Assembly (NCBI RefSeq): GCF_000485595.1
Contig: NW_014577064.1
Span: 210,071 to 274,070 of the forward strand
DNA from: Priapulus caudatus
Taxonomy: Eukaryota
Length of the DNA stretch: 64,000 nucleotides
Reading direction: 5' to 3'
Shown here: piece by piece, positions 36,867 through 53,188 of the stretch
How positions within the stretch are numbered: the first letter of the stretch is position 1
Layout: every line of letters starts with the position of its first letter
Position numbers and translations under genes: made by a program
The notes under the pieces: model-generated
Seen by the model: the letters and a program-made list of their open reading frames with translations, nothing else
What the model was told of the DNA's origin: nothing
The model's database searches: none

Positions 36867-38119
36867 TAAAAGTGATGTCTTGTCTTTAATTTATCTACAG
36901 AATACAATATTTATTACGCTCTGCAACTTAACGCATCGAGCACTCTACCGACAACTGGTATATAGACTCAAGCATCCAGACTTATATAGATATATAGATA
37001 TATACTACAGCCGTATTTCACTGCCCCCTCCCCCCCCCCCCCGCGCACCGACACACGATCCGCCAGTGCAGCTTGAACCTCGCGGTTCTAATAATTATGA
37101 CTTCATTCGAGTTTATCTCGCGCGCTTATTAGCACGGCCGTGGTAAAGAAGGATATACGGACAGATCAATATCGCTGTATATACGCTTGATCGCAGTGAA
37201 TTGCAGCCGCTGACTATTATATACTACGCTATCGATCACGCTCGCCGGACTCATAAATGCGAGAATTCCGATAAACGCAACAGTAGCAATTAGAACCCAG
37301 AATGCAGGTGCAATTCGCGATCATTCGGTTTCTCGCGAAAAAAGGACCGAACATACCGGCACGCCACGTCTCGCTCGTAGCTGCTCGCCGTGTGAAATCA
37401 ACAGTGCTTATACAGCCATTGCGTAGCCGCGCTGCATGCAATACGATAATATTTACATGTTTAACGAAGGCGCACGATGGTTCGCATATATAGCAGCTGA
37501 ACGTAGGCGAGAAAATATAGAATTGCGTCATAGCGCGGAAACGAAATTAGTCGATCAATAATTTTTACGATATTATGCTCTATCGCCTTCACGATCGTTT
37601 TTAATTAAATGCAATGCACGTTACGGACGCGCGACGCAATCATCTCGGCCAGCTTCACGATCTTCAACGACGATAAAGACGACGATGACGACATCGACCG
37701 TGACGAAATCAACGACGACGATGACGACATCGACCGTGACGAAATCAACGACGACGATGATGACGATGACTATGGCGACGATGACGATATCGCGGTATTT
37801 ATCGTATATATATATACGTAATAGTTAACTGCTGCCACATGACGTATAATGACGACCAAGACGCGACGCGCCATAAATACGCGGTGTGCTCCCACGGGAT
37901 CTACTTATACGTACTTCGCTATAAATAAAGTGTAGGCCTCCAACTTAACCTACGTTTCGTCATGCGAGAAGAGGCGAGTTGTCGCGCGGGCGTGACAGGG
38001 TTATTGCGCACGCATGCTGTCGGCGGCGCTGCGGCGCGCGCCGTGGTTGAACTGCGCACCTATCGTCATCATCGATCAACTAGTGCTCACAGAACAACCG
38101 GTGGTAGCTGGCAGTGTGC

Positions 38120-38325
38120 GTTCAGCAGAAGCAGCAGCAGCCAGCAACAGCAGCAGCATCATTAGCCGCGGTAGCAGCAGTAGCAGCAGCAGCAACAGCA
38201 ACAACAGTATCAGCAGCAGCAGCAGCAGTGGTAGTAGCAGCAGTGGTAGTAGCAGCAGCAGCAGCAATAGCGACAGCAGCAGCAGCAGTAGCAGCAGCAG
38301 CAGAAGTAGCAGCAGCAGCAGCAGA
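38120..38325. repeat. (CAG/TAG)n trinucleotide repeat
   Basis: Directly visible. Confidence 0.9.
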
Positions 38326-38989
38326 CGCGTGCGGACGAACGCACAAGCTTTGCGCTCTGTATCGATTCACTTTCCCCGGCGAACCCACGAACGAGCGCAG
38401 GAGGCCTAGGACTTCATATATGCTGTTCGAATGATGACACCCGTCGGGTATTAGACGCGAACATCGCATCTCTGGATATCGGGAGGGTATTCATGAAGGC
38501 GCTTGCATGACTGGAATTCGCGAGACAGCGGCTGAAGCAGCAGTTCCAGAGGAGATCGGCTCATAGCGCGCGGGTTTCTCGCAATTACTCGAGAATTATC
38601 GTCGGCTCCAGCTGCCGACAGATTACGGCTCTCCGTCCATCAGTCGCTGCAGACGCCGCAACGTTCGTTCGTCGCCCGCAGTCGTGTTGATGACGCGTTA
38701 CGGTGAGGAGAGCCGCCAGTGCCGATATGCGCCGGCAGCACTCGACTCTCAATGACTGCTTTGACTGCCGGAGCGTCAGAAACTTGCGGCACTGTGCTAA
38801 GCCATCCTCGTTCATCCTCGAGCATCGTTGTTGCGTAATCATGCGCGTTTAGCAGTGCTGACCAGCGCGAAGGACGGCTTTCATCTATTTTTTTTAAATT
38901 TAATTATTCTTTTATTTATTGATTTATTGGTTTATTGGTTTATTAATTATTTATTTATACATCAAGAGCGTGACGCATCTCGTTTCAAG

Positions 38990-39078
38990 ATGACGACGAC
39001 GACGTGTCGCGGTGTCGCCAGGCGGACGATGGCGTCGTTGATGATGGTGCTCAGTCTTCTGCCGCTCTGCCTTTCACT
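38990..39078 (+). CDS. Possible first coding exon encoding a signal peptide (unknown gene)
   Basis: aagATG; MTTTTCRGVARRTMASLMMVLSLLPLCLS ends at a perfect GTAAGT donor and lies at the end of a ~1-kb CpG-rich region. No downstream exon identified. Confidence 0.4.
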
Positions 39079-39112
39079 GTAAGTACACGATACCGGCTAC
39101 AGTCGTGCGGAG

Positions 39113-39114
<2 letters not shown>

Positions 39115-39206
<92 letters not shown>

Positions 39207-40985
39207 CTGTGTGCGTGTGTGTGTGGGCGTGTGCTGGTGTGTGCGTCGCGTGTGTCCTCGCGGCCATGCCAATCACTGTATCGAGATGTTCTTCACGCGC
39301 GCTAGTAGATTTGTCCTTAGCAGAAAGCGCAGCGGTCGAATGAAATGTGCCGTGTGCATGTCACTCTATAGTTTGCCCGAGTTAAGGGACTATTAGTCTG
39401 TCTACGGCACTTACTTGTACACCCCGCACAACGTCGTGTAAGTACAGTACCGCACACACGACGTGCAACAAACAACACAGCATACGCAAATCGCACACAC
39501 AGCACACCACACACACACCACACACCGACACAACACACACACACACACAACACACTACACAAGTCCCACACACACACACGCCGCAACACAACACACACAC
39601 ATACAAACACACACACGGGCGCGCGGCGCGCGACACACCACACACACACACACACACACAGCACACACACGCACACACGCACACACCGCACACACGCACA
39701 TATCACAGCACACACAACAACACACACCACACACCACACAACACAGCACCCACTCTATATATATACATACATACATACATACATACGATAAATAAGTACC
39801 ATACATACATACAATACCATACATACATACTACATACTACATACATACTCATTACATACATTACATACATACATACAATAACTAATACACCTACATACAT
39901 ACATACATACATACATACATACATACATACATACGTACGTACGTACGCTCATACTATCACAACATTACATACATACATACATACTAGTAGCAACATACAT
40001 ACATACATACATAGACATTACATACTACATACATACACAGCAGCACCACACGCACGACACGCACACAACACACGCACGCACGCACACGACACACGCACAC
40101 ACAGCGCACGCACAGAGTACGTACCACACACACCGCACACGTCACACCCAGTACACACGTACACACATACGACACATGCACACAGCACGCAAACACAACA
40201 CATAACACACAACTAGCACATCTCACAGACACACACAAACACACACACACAACACACACACACACACACACACACACAGTACACCACACGACACTGTTGG
40301 AAAACAATCTCAATTAAGCTAAGTGAGCACTTGCGGTCGGAATAAAAGCAGAAAACTAGAAGCTAAATTTCAACATTGCTGTTACTTGCCAAGCATTTTC
40401 AGACATTAGCGGGTAAGTGAACATAATGGCCGAAACACCTTCTCGTGGCTGACAATCTAAGCGTCACTAAAGCAGCTAAGTGGTGTGTGTGTGGTGTGTG
40501 TGTGTGAGTGTGTTGTGCAGTCGCGGCACGTGCTGTGTGTGTGTGTGATGTGTGTGTGTGTGCGTGTCGGGCCAAGTGTTGCCGTTCGATTGTGTGGTTA
40601 GTATGTGCGTGAACCAAAAATGTGTGTGTGTGCTATGGTATGGGAAAAAACGTACAGAGTGTGGAGTGTGTGTGGTGTGTGTTGTGTGTGTGTGTGTGCG
40701 TGCGTGTTGTGTGGATGTGTGTAGTGTCCACGATGTGTGTGATGTGTGTGAACTGTGTGTCGACAGTGCGTGGGTGTGTGACAACGACCGGCGGTGTGGG
40801 ATGGGTGGTGTGTGTGTGTGTGTGTGCAGTGTCCGTCGTGCATGTGTGGTGTATGTGTCGTGTTGTTGTGTGCATTTACTGTGTGGTGTGTGTGTGTGTG
40901 TGCTTGTGTGTGTGTGTGTCGTGTGCATGTGTTGTGTGTGTGGTTGTGTTGTCGTGTTGTGCTGTGTGTGTTGTGTGTGTGCGTG
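39115..40985. repeat. Degenerate CA/GT/CATA microsatellite block
   Basis: Low-complexity sequence with frequent single-base interruptions. Confidence 0.85.
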
Positions 40986-42353
40986 TTTGTGTAATCGCGG
41001 CGAAGCTGGGCTATGTAAAAATGAGCGAGCCAGCAATACGCAATGCATTACGAAGGTTGTTTGCGCTCTGATCAAGTAAATACGTCTCATGCAACGGCAA
41101 GTAGTGACCTTATAACTCACGACTTAGACGAGTGCGTTAACTGTAAACACGAAAACTTTAAGAGTTTGCGTTGGTGATCTGAAGCAGATTGAGTGAGATA
41201 TGTTTCGATAGAGAAGACGTATATGATTTGCCACACGCTACTAACATGCGGCCTACATTACATGCCACATCCAGACCAAATTTTATTTCTTTCCTCTTTG
41301 CTTCAGATTAAAATAAACGAACGCATGGCAATCGAGGACTTGCTGTATATCCTTTATTTGATTTTATTTCGCCGTGAAAACACTATAGAGATATTGTTCA
41401 CCCGTGTAAACCGCGTTTATATTGCCGTAAATCCGTATGCAATTACAGTCACATGCATGCGGAAAATCCAATGAGCGATATCGGACATTTTGAATGGAAC
41501 GGTTAGTTGCTTCACTTTGCCCATCACTAGATAACGAGCATAAGTGGCCATATCGTCTCGTGATGCATACGCGACCTATGGATTTACTCTGGGCCCCCAT
41601 TATCGGAATGGTTCTAAGCAAAACATGCTTCTAACAAGCCTTCCTGTGATGTATTTAAACGAGCGTAACCCAGTGTGAATATCATTAACCAAGATAAACA
41701 TTTGAATATATAATATAATATAATCATATATAATATTGATAATATCATTAACAAGTAACAGATAACAATAGAAAGAAATGACTCACACACGTTAGCAAAG
41801 AATTTCATTAAAATAATAAGCAATAGTATAATCTCCAGGATACACTATTCCGATAGACAACAACAACAGTAGGCATCAGCCCCATCAGCAGCCACAACAA
41901 CAACAACAACAACAACATACACCACCACTAACAACAACAACAACACCACCGACACCACCAACAACAACAACAACAACAATATTCTACTTGACTTTGTCCA
42001 CATGACATTTTTGACTCCGGATTTTGTTTGTTTATTGTGAAAACTCACGTTTAAATTGATACTTTTAAAGCAGTGGAAGCTCGGTTAGTGCGGATAACCA
42101 GTAGATGAATATAGGACAAACAACAAGGATAGCTGGAAAATGAACTGCCTGCGAAATATTGAAGCAACTCGCTGTACAAAGCTCTCGGCGCGTCTAGTTG
42201 ATCTGCGCAGTGGTCGCTCAGGTTTATTCGTGACATTTCGGCCAGATTATAGACCCGATGGTGTTGATGTGACTTATGGCTAAATATTGTGTAAGATTAT
42301 TAGAATCTAGACAAATTATAACATTATCATAATTGATTTGTGCGCGCGCGCGC
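40979..42353 (+). repeat. Copy 1 of a ~1.3-kb duplicated segment
   Basis: Colinear with 44296-45603; differs mostly by 1-2 nt indels. Confidence 0.9.
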
Positions 42354-42408
42354 GGCGGCAGGCGTGTGTGTTGTGTGTGTGTGTGTGTGTGTGTGTGTCT
42401 CGGGCGTG

Positions 42409-42493
<85 letters not shown>

Positions 42494-44197
42494 TGTGTGC
42501 GTGCGTGTGTGTGTGTATGTGTGTGTGCGTGCGTGTGTGTGTATGTGTGCGTGCGTGCGTGCGTACGTGGGTGCGTGCGCGCGCGCGTGTGTGTAATTAG
42601 ATTTCGGTTACGTTGAAAGCACACGAACAGGCTAGCCACAAGTTGCCTTCTCGCTTTTAACTACGTGGCACTCCGGCAACGTGAAACAGTCGTAAAACCT
42701 GGTCAGGCTAACGAACAGTCTAGCCACTCACATGCCTGAAGACATGAAGTGAAGTGCGCACCTAGTTTCAGTCACTTTTGAATCATTGCGGACATTTACG
42801 GATTTTACGGCGGTTTTACTCGCATTTCTGATTTCATTGGTTCAGTTTTTGAAGACCGAATTGAATTGAATTTACCGAACTATTTCTTCGAATATCCAGC
42901 GTTCAATGTATCTCGATTCCATAATTCAATTGTCTGAAACCGCCATAGTGAGACAATTAAATCAGATATACCCGCAGCAATCGAAAATCTCCGCAGGATT
43001 TATTATTCATTTTCCAATCGAACATGGACGCAATTTATCACCAGTCACAATCCGACTCGACGAAACGTAATTGAAAATGGTGCCGTAGAAGGAAGCGGGA
43101 TTAAGTGGAAGTCGTCGGCATTTTACGTTGGCTGCTGAAGCGACATTCAGAGCTGTGCTACGGTCGCGACGAGCACCTATTAGTGTAATAGCACGTACGT
43201 AATTCAGCGGATTATTGGCGAGATTATCGCTAAGCGAATTCATAGTCGATTTCGACTCGCGCTCTCACTACTACATCTAAGGATGGCTGGATATATGGAT
43301 AATAGATTTATTGCAAAACTAGTGTTAACAACGTTACAATTAAAATAAATTTTGCAAACAAGATATCATCAGGCAGTATAAAACTAAAATTTATGATATT
43401 TACAATAATATATGGTAAGACATAGATATCACTTAAAATGTTGGTTCGTAAAATTATATCACTACAACTAAAAACCATCTTTAGAATATATACTAAATTT
43501 AAAATAACGTGATCCTTGGTCAAAAATAGTTACAATTAAAATGCGACACAATGATAGAATCAAACATATCACATAACCGAAAGTTGACCAGAGAGTTATT
43601 TCAAAGAGACCAAAATGTTTATAAAGGGGCGCAAGCAAAAGGCTAGCCGGAGTTTACTAGAATTCCGTGTTATGCGGTTAGACATGCACATTTATTGCTG
43701 AAGGAGGGCAAATATCCTGTAATCGTTAAAAACTTTTGAGCTAATAAGCAACATTTTCACAAAGCTGCTCGCGACGAAACGCAAGTCTTTGGATCTGAGG
43801 CTGAGATAGTACCTCATCGTACATGTCGTACTTGTTTCCAATTATTATAACCTATAATTATTCTCATCACAACACAATCTACACACGGATGTCGGCGCTC
43901 GCTTCACGAAATCAGATGAAGCTCCGATTGCGCCAAAATCTTTATCTGATCATGTAATCGGCACGCAGCGTGCGAGCGTAGGCGGCAGCGGGGTTGATTC
44001 ACATGTGAGGGAGAATAATCAGAATATAATGACGTGCGACCGCTGATATCGTGCGTGCCAGATCGAACGTTGCCATGTAACACGTACAACCCTAGTGGCA
44101 TTGAGAACAGCAGCAGCACAGCACACGCATTAGACACGCGTGAATAACTATAATTCTCTTCTCGCAACCCACACCGCACCTGTCGGTAGCTTCTGCC

Positions 44198-45603
<1,406 letters not shown>

Positions 45604-45689
45604 GATGAAGATTCTATGAAGATGAAAGCGCTAGTGTATAACGCGGAATGTCGGATTATTCAATTTTCAACTATATATATATATATATT

Positions 45690-45730
45690 CAGAAGCGTAT
45701 AATGACATTATTTGTCATTATACGCTCCTG
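45690..45730. mobile_element. 41-bp TIR-only mini element, 7-bp TSD
   Basis: cagaagcgtataatgaca / tgtcattatacgctcctg; atatatt at 45683-45689 and 45731-45737. Confidence 0.7.
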
Positions 45731-47017
45731 ATATATTGTAGGTATACCAGACGCAGGGTATTCTGAATAAAATATTGGTATTCTGTATCGCTGCCGTATA
45801 ACACGTTCCTCCCACATTCCACAGCACGATACAGACTAGGCACTTAATAATCGTTACAGAGAAACAATATAATTTAAAGCGCGTATAAACTGAACAATCT
45901 TCTCGGTTGAGGGAAGGGGAAACATTTTTGTGACGTAAGTAAGTAATATGTCCATAAGTCCTAGTCAGTAATAGTCTGATCATGCCTTTTGCATGTTTGG
46001 GATCGAGTTAAACCAAATGTAGAAGGTTAGGGTTAGGGTTGAAGGTTATGTTGAAGCGATTATTTACAATTTCTTAGGCATTTTAACGGTTACGATAAAT
46101 ACGTACACTACACAGACACGAGAAGTGTGTTTGTTTGTTTGTTTGTTTGTTTGTTTGTTTGTTTGTTTGTTTGTTTGTGTGTTTGTTTGTTTGTTTGTTT
46201 GTTTGTGTGTTTTGTGTGTCTGTGCGTGCACGCGCGCGTGCTACAGCTGATACGTTCATCACGTGACTGCGACGTTAAAGGATTCATTAAGAGAAGGCAT
46301 CGTAATTGATTTTTAGTTAATTAGTCGACTAATTGTCTGATCTGGTGATGAATGATCAAGCGCATTTAGCGGGTATCAAGTCATTCTACTGGGCGCGCAA
46401 TAAAGCGCATAATCTAATTGGCATTTCTCGTTTCCAGCTACATTCAGTGACTCTGCTGTGTCCAAACCACTAAATATTTTAAATTTTTCTCGCAGCTCTT
46501 CGTCTAATTTCTTCTGGCATCCATAGCAGGCGTCGTTATCAATGACAACATTGCGTTTCTGAAATTATTATAGTGTAGGATTTATTGAGTCCACTGACGC
46601 GTGTGAACAGTCGCCAGCTGCGCCAACTAGCTGAGTGTGAATGGACGCACCGGCGCCAACACACACACACACCGCGTCAGCACGTCAGCACGTCGCCGAC
46701 GCTGCCTCGCGTCAGGGCGTCGCCGACGCGTGTTCGTGCCAAGCTCATCCGGATCCAAACACACGTCTAGACGGGTAGAGTTAACTCGCAGATCCCCGCG
46801 CGCGTCGACTAAACACGGATATCTGTAATTAACGTGGCCGACGCACGTAATTACGCAGGCGCTCTTGCAAACGCTGATGGCGGGTTTCGCGTTCGAGCGC
46901 GCTCTCTCTCGCCCTCTATCTCGTTAGCGGGCTTTCTGCTGTTTCCTCATCCGGCGAGCGTACGTGATACGGACGCACATCGCTGATATTTAGTTACCGC
47001 TAGGTTATCAGTCGGTA

Positions 47018-47373
47018 GGCAATATTCGTCGTGAAACTCGCGTCGTTGTTGCATATGAAATGTTTCCGTGAGGGTGGGAGTTTAAGGATTACAATTGGAG
47101 TTAGGGTTAGGTTTACTGTTAGTGTTAACATTAGGACTAGGGTTAGGGTCAGGGCTACGGTTGGGGTTAGGGTTATGGTTAGTGTTAGGGTTAGGGTTAG
47201 GGTTATGTTTAGGGTTAGGGTTTGGTTTATGGTTAGGATTAGAGTTAGGGCTGATTTTATAATTTGTCTATACTTTGGTATATGTAAAGAATAATTTGTA
47301 TTTCTAACATCTGCCTGAATCTGACCATGTGCGCGTACGTCAATAGAAGGAGGGACGGCACGACGGACATTCC
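47018..47373. mobile_element. Degenerate GG..CC TIR element with a central TTAGGG-like array
   Basis: ggcaatattcgtcgtg versus cacgacggacattcc; degenerate ttaggg array at 47100-47250; no TSD seen. Confidence 0.45.
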
Positions 47374-49771
47374 TGTATATACAGCAGACTTTTCACCTAG
47401 ACAAGCGATGTTCCGATACTTTATATCACATACAGTCTAGCAACGATTTCTCTCTGTTCGCCTGTTCGTCTTTTCCTTCTATAGGCTAATCGAAACCAGT
47501 TACCCGCATCCTGCAAGCGCTTTCATCAGTTCCAAGATTACTCTTAAACGAACCGATTTCGTGGATGTGGGCGCATTACGTTGCTAAGCGCTCGGAACAC
47601 ACAGCAGTGCGGTCTTGGGTGTTTCTCTGAGTTCTGTTAGCACTATGCACTTCAGCACGCTTGTGCGTGATGCACGCACGCCAAGGCATAACTGGCGTGC
47701 GACTAAGAACACACGCGAGTATATCTGTTTCTAACATGGACGCGAAGTCTTTTTTGTGTCGGCACTAATTGTTGTTTAGAAACAGCTCCTAATCAAAACT
47801 GATTGCCAGGTCTCGATGACGGGAAACCTGTCCATTGCCAAACAATCGCTAGGTACGCATGTGAAAGTGTTGTCTGGTGACACCCGCTGCGTATGATGAG
47901 TGAGTTAGGTATGTGAAAATACAGTTGCTGCATGCTGCCTATAGCAGCGCCCACGCGGAATTGACGGACAGATGCAGAGATATATCGAGAAAGGCTTCGC
48001 TATTCACGCACGCTTTCTATCTTGCTGTGTTCTATGCCTTTAGCGCTGCTGCCTGGCAACGTTTCAATCCGGTTACTGTTATATTTCTGCCTTTACCTGC
48101 ATCGTACTAGAAACAGTTAGCGTTGCATGTCCACTCGTTAAGTGCCGCCTGATGTCTAGTCGCGGTGAATTGGTCATTGACGGTCGAACACTGTTACCAC
48201 TAGGTCATCTGCGCAATTGACGATTCCAATATATTGATTTACCTCTTCATACTACGTCGATGTTTGATCCACGACGCTATTAATTTTGCAATACATTTTA
48301 AAACTTCTTAGTGTTCAGGAGCCAACTGAGTACGTTTTATTGCGTGGGTTGTTTCTCTGGAAAGCAACGGGAAATACGAGTACAATTAATTGCTTACAAA
48401 AAAGCCATTATTATCCCAGTGTGGTAATTCCCTTTTCATTGTTAGGTGCAGAATGAAGCATAAATAAAACCCTGCTTTTCCCCCCAACGTTCGTGTTATC
48501 TTGTCAATTCTTGTCAATTCCGCGAACACCACGAACTTTCGCGTCAACTCATTCATGAGAGGAGAATGCGCAATAAAAATAGACATTATTCAGAGCTTCA
48601 TTATCTGTGTAATTTTGTATTACGTTAATCACGTACTTTTGGAACGTAACACCTTTCCCGCAATTTAAATACTAGTCGTGTTTGCAACGTTAATATTGAC
48701 TTGAAATTGGATCTTGCGTGTTGTGTCAATTTTTGTGCATAGAACAGCTAACGAGCATAACAATGAATCAATCTCGATGCGACAGACTGAATGTCATAAG
48801 CGATAAAAGTGCGGCTAATATCGTTTATTAAATTCAACTTGCATAAAAATGACTACGTCCTTCAACACAGAATGACCGAAACCGATATAGTGCAATTTAT
48901 CATGTATGCATGGATGGGTAGCGCAGAGGGGAGAGGCACGCGGTGCTGCGATTAAATAAATATATATAATCACACTTTAACTGTCTTGTAAAAGCAGATG
49001 ATTATAAGGTTGTCCTTTATACCTGAGATAAATGCGTGTACTGAATTGTATCATGCGCTAATAAGTGTTTATAAGTGTTTATTAGCCTTTGCTTGTATCT
49101 ATATGCACGGCGGTCCTCAAAATTGTTCGCCTACGCTATTTGACTAGGAAGGAACTGAGATGTTTGATTCGAAACTGCTGTGTAGGCATATTGCGCGTTT
49201 TTACAGTTGCCTTTTCAGAGGCGCACGGTACGTCCTACAATTGACATAAATTTTTACAGTTTGCTACAAATTTGTTGCATTAGTAACGTGGGCGAACGTC
49301 TTTAACAGTTTACGATTTCAGCTGCCCTATAACCAGGTGAAATTCGAGCATTAGCGTTCGTACATCCTTCCGCTCGTTAGTAATTGCAACATAAATCTAA
49401 ACGGCTGCACGCAAGCACGGGTGATCTCGTTTAGCAGCGAGAATTCTGAAAATATTTCCTTGGCTCGGCGTCAACTGGCTGTCACTTTTTTTGAGGCAAG
49501 GACCACAACATCGGGCGAACACCAGGCATACGGCAGTTGCCGATTTCAGGTCCCATGTAGTACGTGTCACACTCTTCGTGTTTCCCTTCATGATTACGAT
49601 GCTCTGTGACCCCGATATACGATGTATATGGAGAGCTACATTTGCTGCAAAACTGCTGCGTCACGGTATAAAGGACACTGAATTAGAGGACACGTTAAAG
49701 ATTTTCGCTGTTGAAGATTCAGCTCCGATGAACACAGTAGGAATCGCCGTTCTAATTTCGATTCCGTGATG

Positions 49772-50042
49772 AATGAAAGTTTTACGAATAAAATTTTTAC
49801 TCTTAAGCGAAAAGTTTGGACTTCTGTATGAGTATAACATGTTTTATTGACTCTTGTGAGAGATTGACGAAATGTGTGGCTAGCGAAGGACATACTCGTA
49901 TTTCATGTAAAAGTCGACAATTTGAAGTTTAAGTTTAATACGCAGAAATTTAAGTAAGAATATGTTAAAGTAGAGACGCAGCAGCAGCAGCAGCAGCAGT
50001 AAGCAGCAGCAGCAACAGTAGCAGCAGCGCAGTAAACTGCAT

Positions 50043-50073
<31 letters not shown>

Positions 50074-52999
50074 AACTGCAGCAGTAGCAGCAGCAGCAGC
50101 AGCAGGCAGCTAACTGCAGCAGTAGCAGTAGTAATTGTATACTAAAAACAGAATAACTGTGAATCGATGCATAGTAATGATAAACCCGCTTTGATTGCAA
50201 GCTAGTCTAAGTAAATTGCGGGTTCACATTCACATTAATCTGCTTACATGCTAATAAGGTAGTAGCGCAGCGAGGGGCACCCGGCGGTGACACAAACTGA
50301 ACAGGAGCGCGCACTAGCAACCAGTCCAAATGAAGCTTTTATACGTAGCTTACACACGAATATAACAACATCATCAACAACAACAACAACAACAACAACA
50401 ACAGCAGCAGTAGCAACGACAACAACAATAATGCTAATTATGTTATAATGATATAATCATTAATATTATTATTATTATTCATCGTCGTCGTCGTCATAAT
50501 AATAATAATAATCATCATCATCATTATCATCATCATTATTATTATTTCCAAAGTGGATTACGGCATTAGCCGTGGCTCTGGGTTGGCCGTGTCCGCCAAC
50601 CTGGGACATAAGAGATTCAATCCAGAATTTTTCGCGGATGGTGTGCTGTTCCAGTTAGTGCGATTTTCTGCACTTCTTGGGCAGTGTGGTGGCCAGGGAG
50701 TTCCTTAAGGTTCTTCCAAGCCATTATTTATAGAGGCCAGGGGCTCCAACCACCACTGGCAGCAATTCTTATCTTTGTATTCCACATTCTCCTAATTTCG
50801 ATCTCAAATCGCTTTGTACTTGGTGAGTTTTGTCTCTTTCTCTTCACCATGATGTTAGTATCATCTGGTACGGCTACGTCAATCAACAGGCATCGCTTTT
50901 TCTTTCTTGTTCGTGGAGCACGTATATCAGGGCGGGTTGCAGGTATCGTGCGATCTGTCTGCACTACCATATTCTACATGATGGTAGTATCTCCGATGTT
51001 GGTACTGGTGCTCGGAGTATGTTCATACAACTTGTCAGGTACTTGCTTATACCAAATTCACTGCAGATTGACCAGTGCAGATAACTGGCTAGCCTTGTTA
51101 TGGCGGTTTATGTACTCGTTAGGCCAGTACTGTGCATCCGGCGATGATATGGTGATGGTCTCCTCTGGCCTTGCTGCACATTCTGCACTTGCTGTTGACA
51201 TGTGCTTGAGGATGTTGGCGCTAATGGTATCTGGTGTTGAGTGCTTTGTCTTGGGCTGCAACTGATCAGGCTTTCTTTCTTTCACGTCTCCCCGCTTGAG
51301 CCCGAAACTACTCAGCCAGGCAACGCTTGGCAATCTTGTCGACAAATGGCCTGTCGATGCTCTTGTAGAACTTCCATGCAAAGGCTTGTTCTTCAAACAC
51401 TCCGATCTTCTCCTGCTTCTATATTTTGTCTTCAGTCTCAGCTTTGTTGAGGATTGGCTGGTGGGCTGAGGAGATAAGTATTTGGCTTTGATTTTCTTTA
51501 GCTCACTAAAGAGAGCGTAGCTTTGATTTCCAGACACTGGATGGATATTGACAAGCTTTGTAAATTTGTCTATGTCGTCGCCCTAGACCTATCCAATGCA
51601 TGTTGTACGCAGACATCAGTTCAATGAGACCACGACACCATTTTGCGCTCTTGCTGTATGCAGTCGCTCCATCCTTATGTATGGAGCCCGTACATGGTTA
51701 GTAGCTTTCTTGTCTTGCGATCCATCCTTTCGATATCTATCAACAACCAGTTGATCACGCCCGAAGCTGTACACGGGGACCGGAGTGCCAGGCTATTGAT
51801 CGGCGGGTATTCTTGTTTTTTTGAGGCAGAGCTCATGCAGACTTAAAAAACTAGGCGGACACGCGATAGTACTCCTTAGCAATGTTATATTATTATTATT
51901 ATTATTATTATTATATTGTTATTATTATGGTTATTATTATTATATTATTTATTATTATTATTATTATTATGAAGCTGTAAAGGAGTGGCGACAAATTGTG
52001 AGTCAGCAAACGAACTTCATAAATCCATTTATTCTTTGATAACAAAATACACTGCATGTGAATAGCGTGACTGAGATTTGTGTGTTTTATAGAGGCAACG
52101 AGAAATTTATACGACACAGTATTTCGCGAGGTAGATGCATTGAGCGCGAAATGCGTTTAAGTCGATTAACTTAAAAATTAATGATAAGGTCCCGTCATTC
52201 AGAAGCGTTGACGTGGCAGAATAGGGAGCAAATCAACATTATTTTCTTCGACGAATAATCCGCCTTCGCAGGGAAGACGAACTCCGTATACATTCACATC
52301 GCTCGCTCAGACCGCCCATCACTATCCAACCGCCCGCCGCGACGGTCGCCCACCCACGCTGGCCGCGCGACTTGACTGACCGCCCACCCGACCGCCCAAC
52401 GCCCCGCCTACCCACTAGCTCGCTAGCTGCGCTCGCATCACTCACGTCACCCACACAGTCCACTCACTCATTTTACTCACACACGCCATCACTCGCGTCA
52501 CTCACTCACGCACGCACTCACTCACGTCACATCACGTCACAGCACTCACTCACTCACGTCACGTCAAGTCACGTCTCGTTATGATCGGGACAACGTTTTT
52601 GATCGACATCGAATCCGTCGACATCGTTTCTTACGTCGTTGCTTCGGCTTCTGTTGCGTACCAACGTATGTGACACCTACTCACCGGAGACATATCACCT
52701 GCAGGATTTCAAGCGAATCCTAGGTATGCTAGATGAATCACCTCCGACTGCACAACGTCTGTTCGGTCACGGGCCAATAACCTACACACAAGGTGGAGCT
52801 GCGCCAGAGTAAGAAACTACATGATATCAACAGAAAGGGGACGTATAAGGCGGTTTACAGTGCTCTTGATGATATTAACACGCAACCTCGCGCCTGATTT
52901 AAACCTTTTACTCGACTGCCACCCACGCTGCCTTCATTTGAAAAGCAAACACAGCAAACCATCTCTCTCTATCTCTCTCGAATTCTCTCCCCCCACCCC

Positions 53000-53010
<11 letters not shown>
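49772..53010 (+). repeat. Copy 1 of a ~3.2-kb duplicated segment
   Basis: Colinear with 55954-59182; many single-base indels. Confidence 0.9.
50546..51884 (-). mobile_element. R4/Dong-like REL non-LTR retrotransposon fragment (frameshifted copy)
   Basis: RPDI..LIDVAVPDD restriction-like endonuclease motif; flanked by (TAA)n-type repeats. Confidence 0.85.
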
Positions 53011-53050
<40 letters not shown>

Positions 53051-53078
53051 CTCTCATTCTTTCTCTCTCTCTCTCTCT

Positions 53079-53126
<48 letters not shown>

Positions 53127-53135
53127 TCTCTATAT

Positions 53136-53188
<53 letters not shown>

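Larger units (their letters stand above)
36698..36901. mobile_element. 204-bp palindrome, Penelope-like pseudo-LTR remnant
   Basis: Near-perfect inverted arms of ~85 bp, each holding a hammerhead-like motif; adjacent to (TA)n. Confidence 0.65.

Noticed and set aside
37609..38469. Poly-D, poly-S and poly-A ORFs
   Set aside because: Trinucleotide repeats; no supporting coding context.
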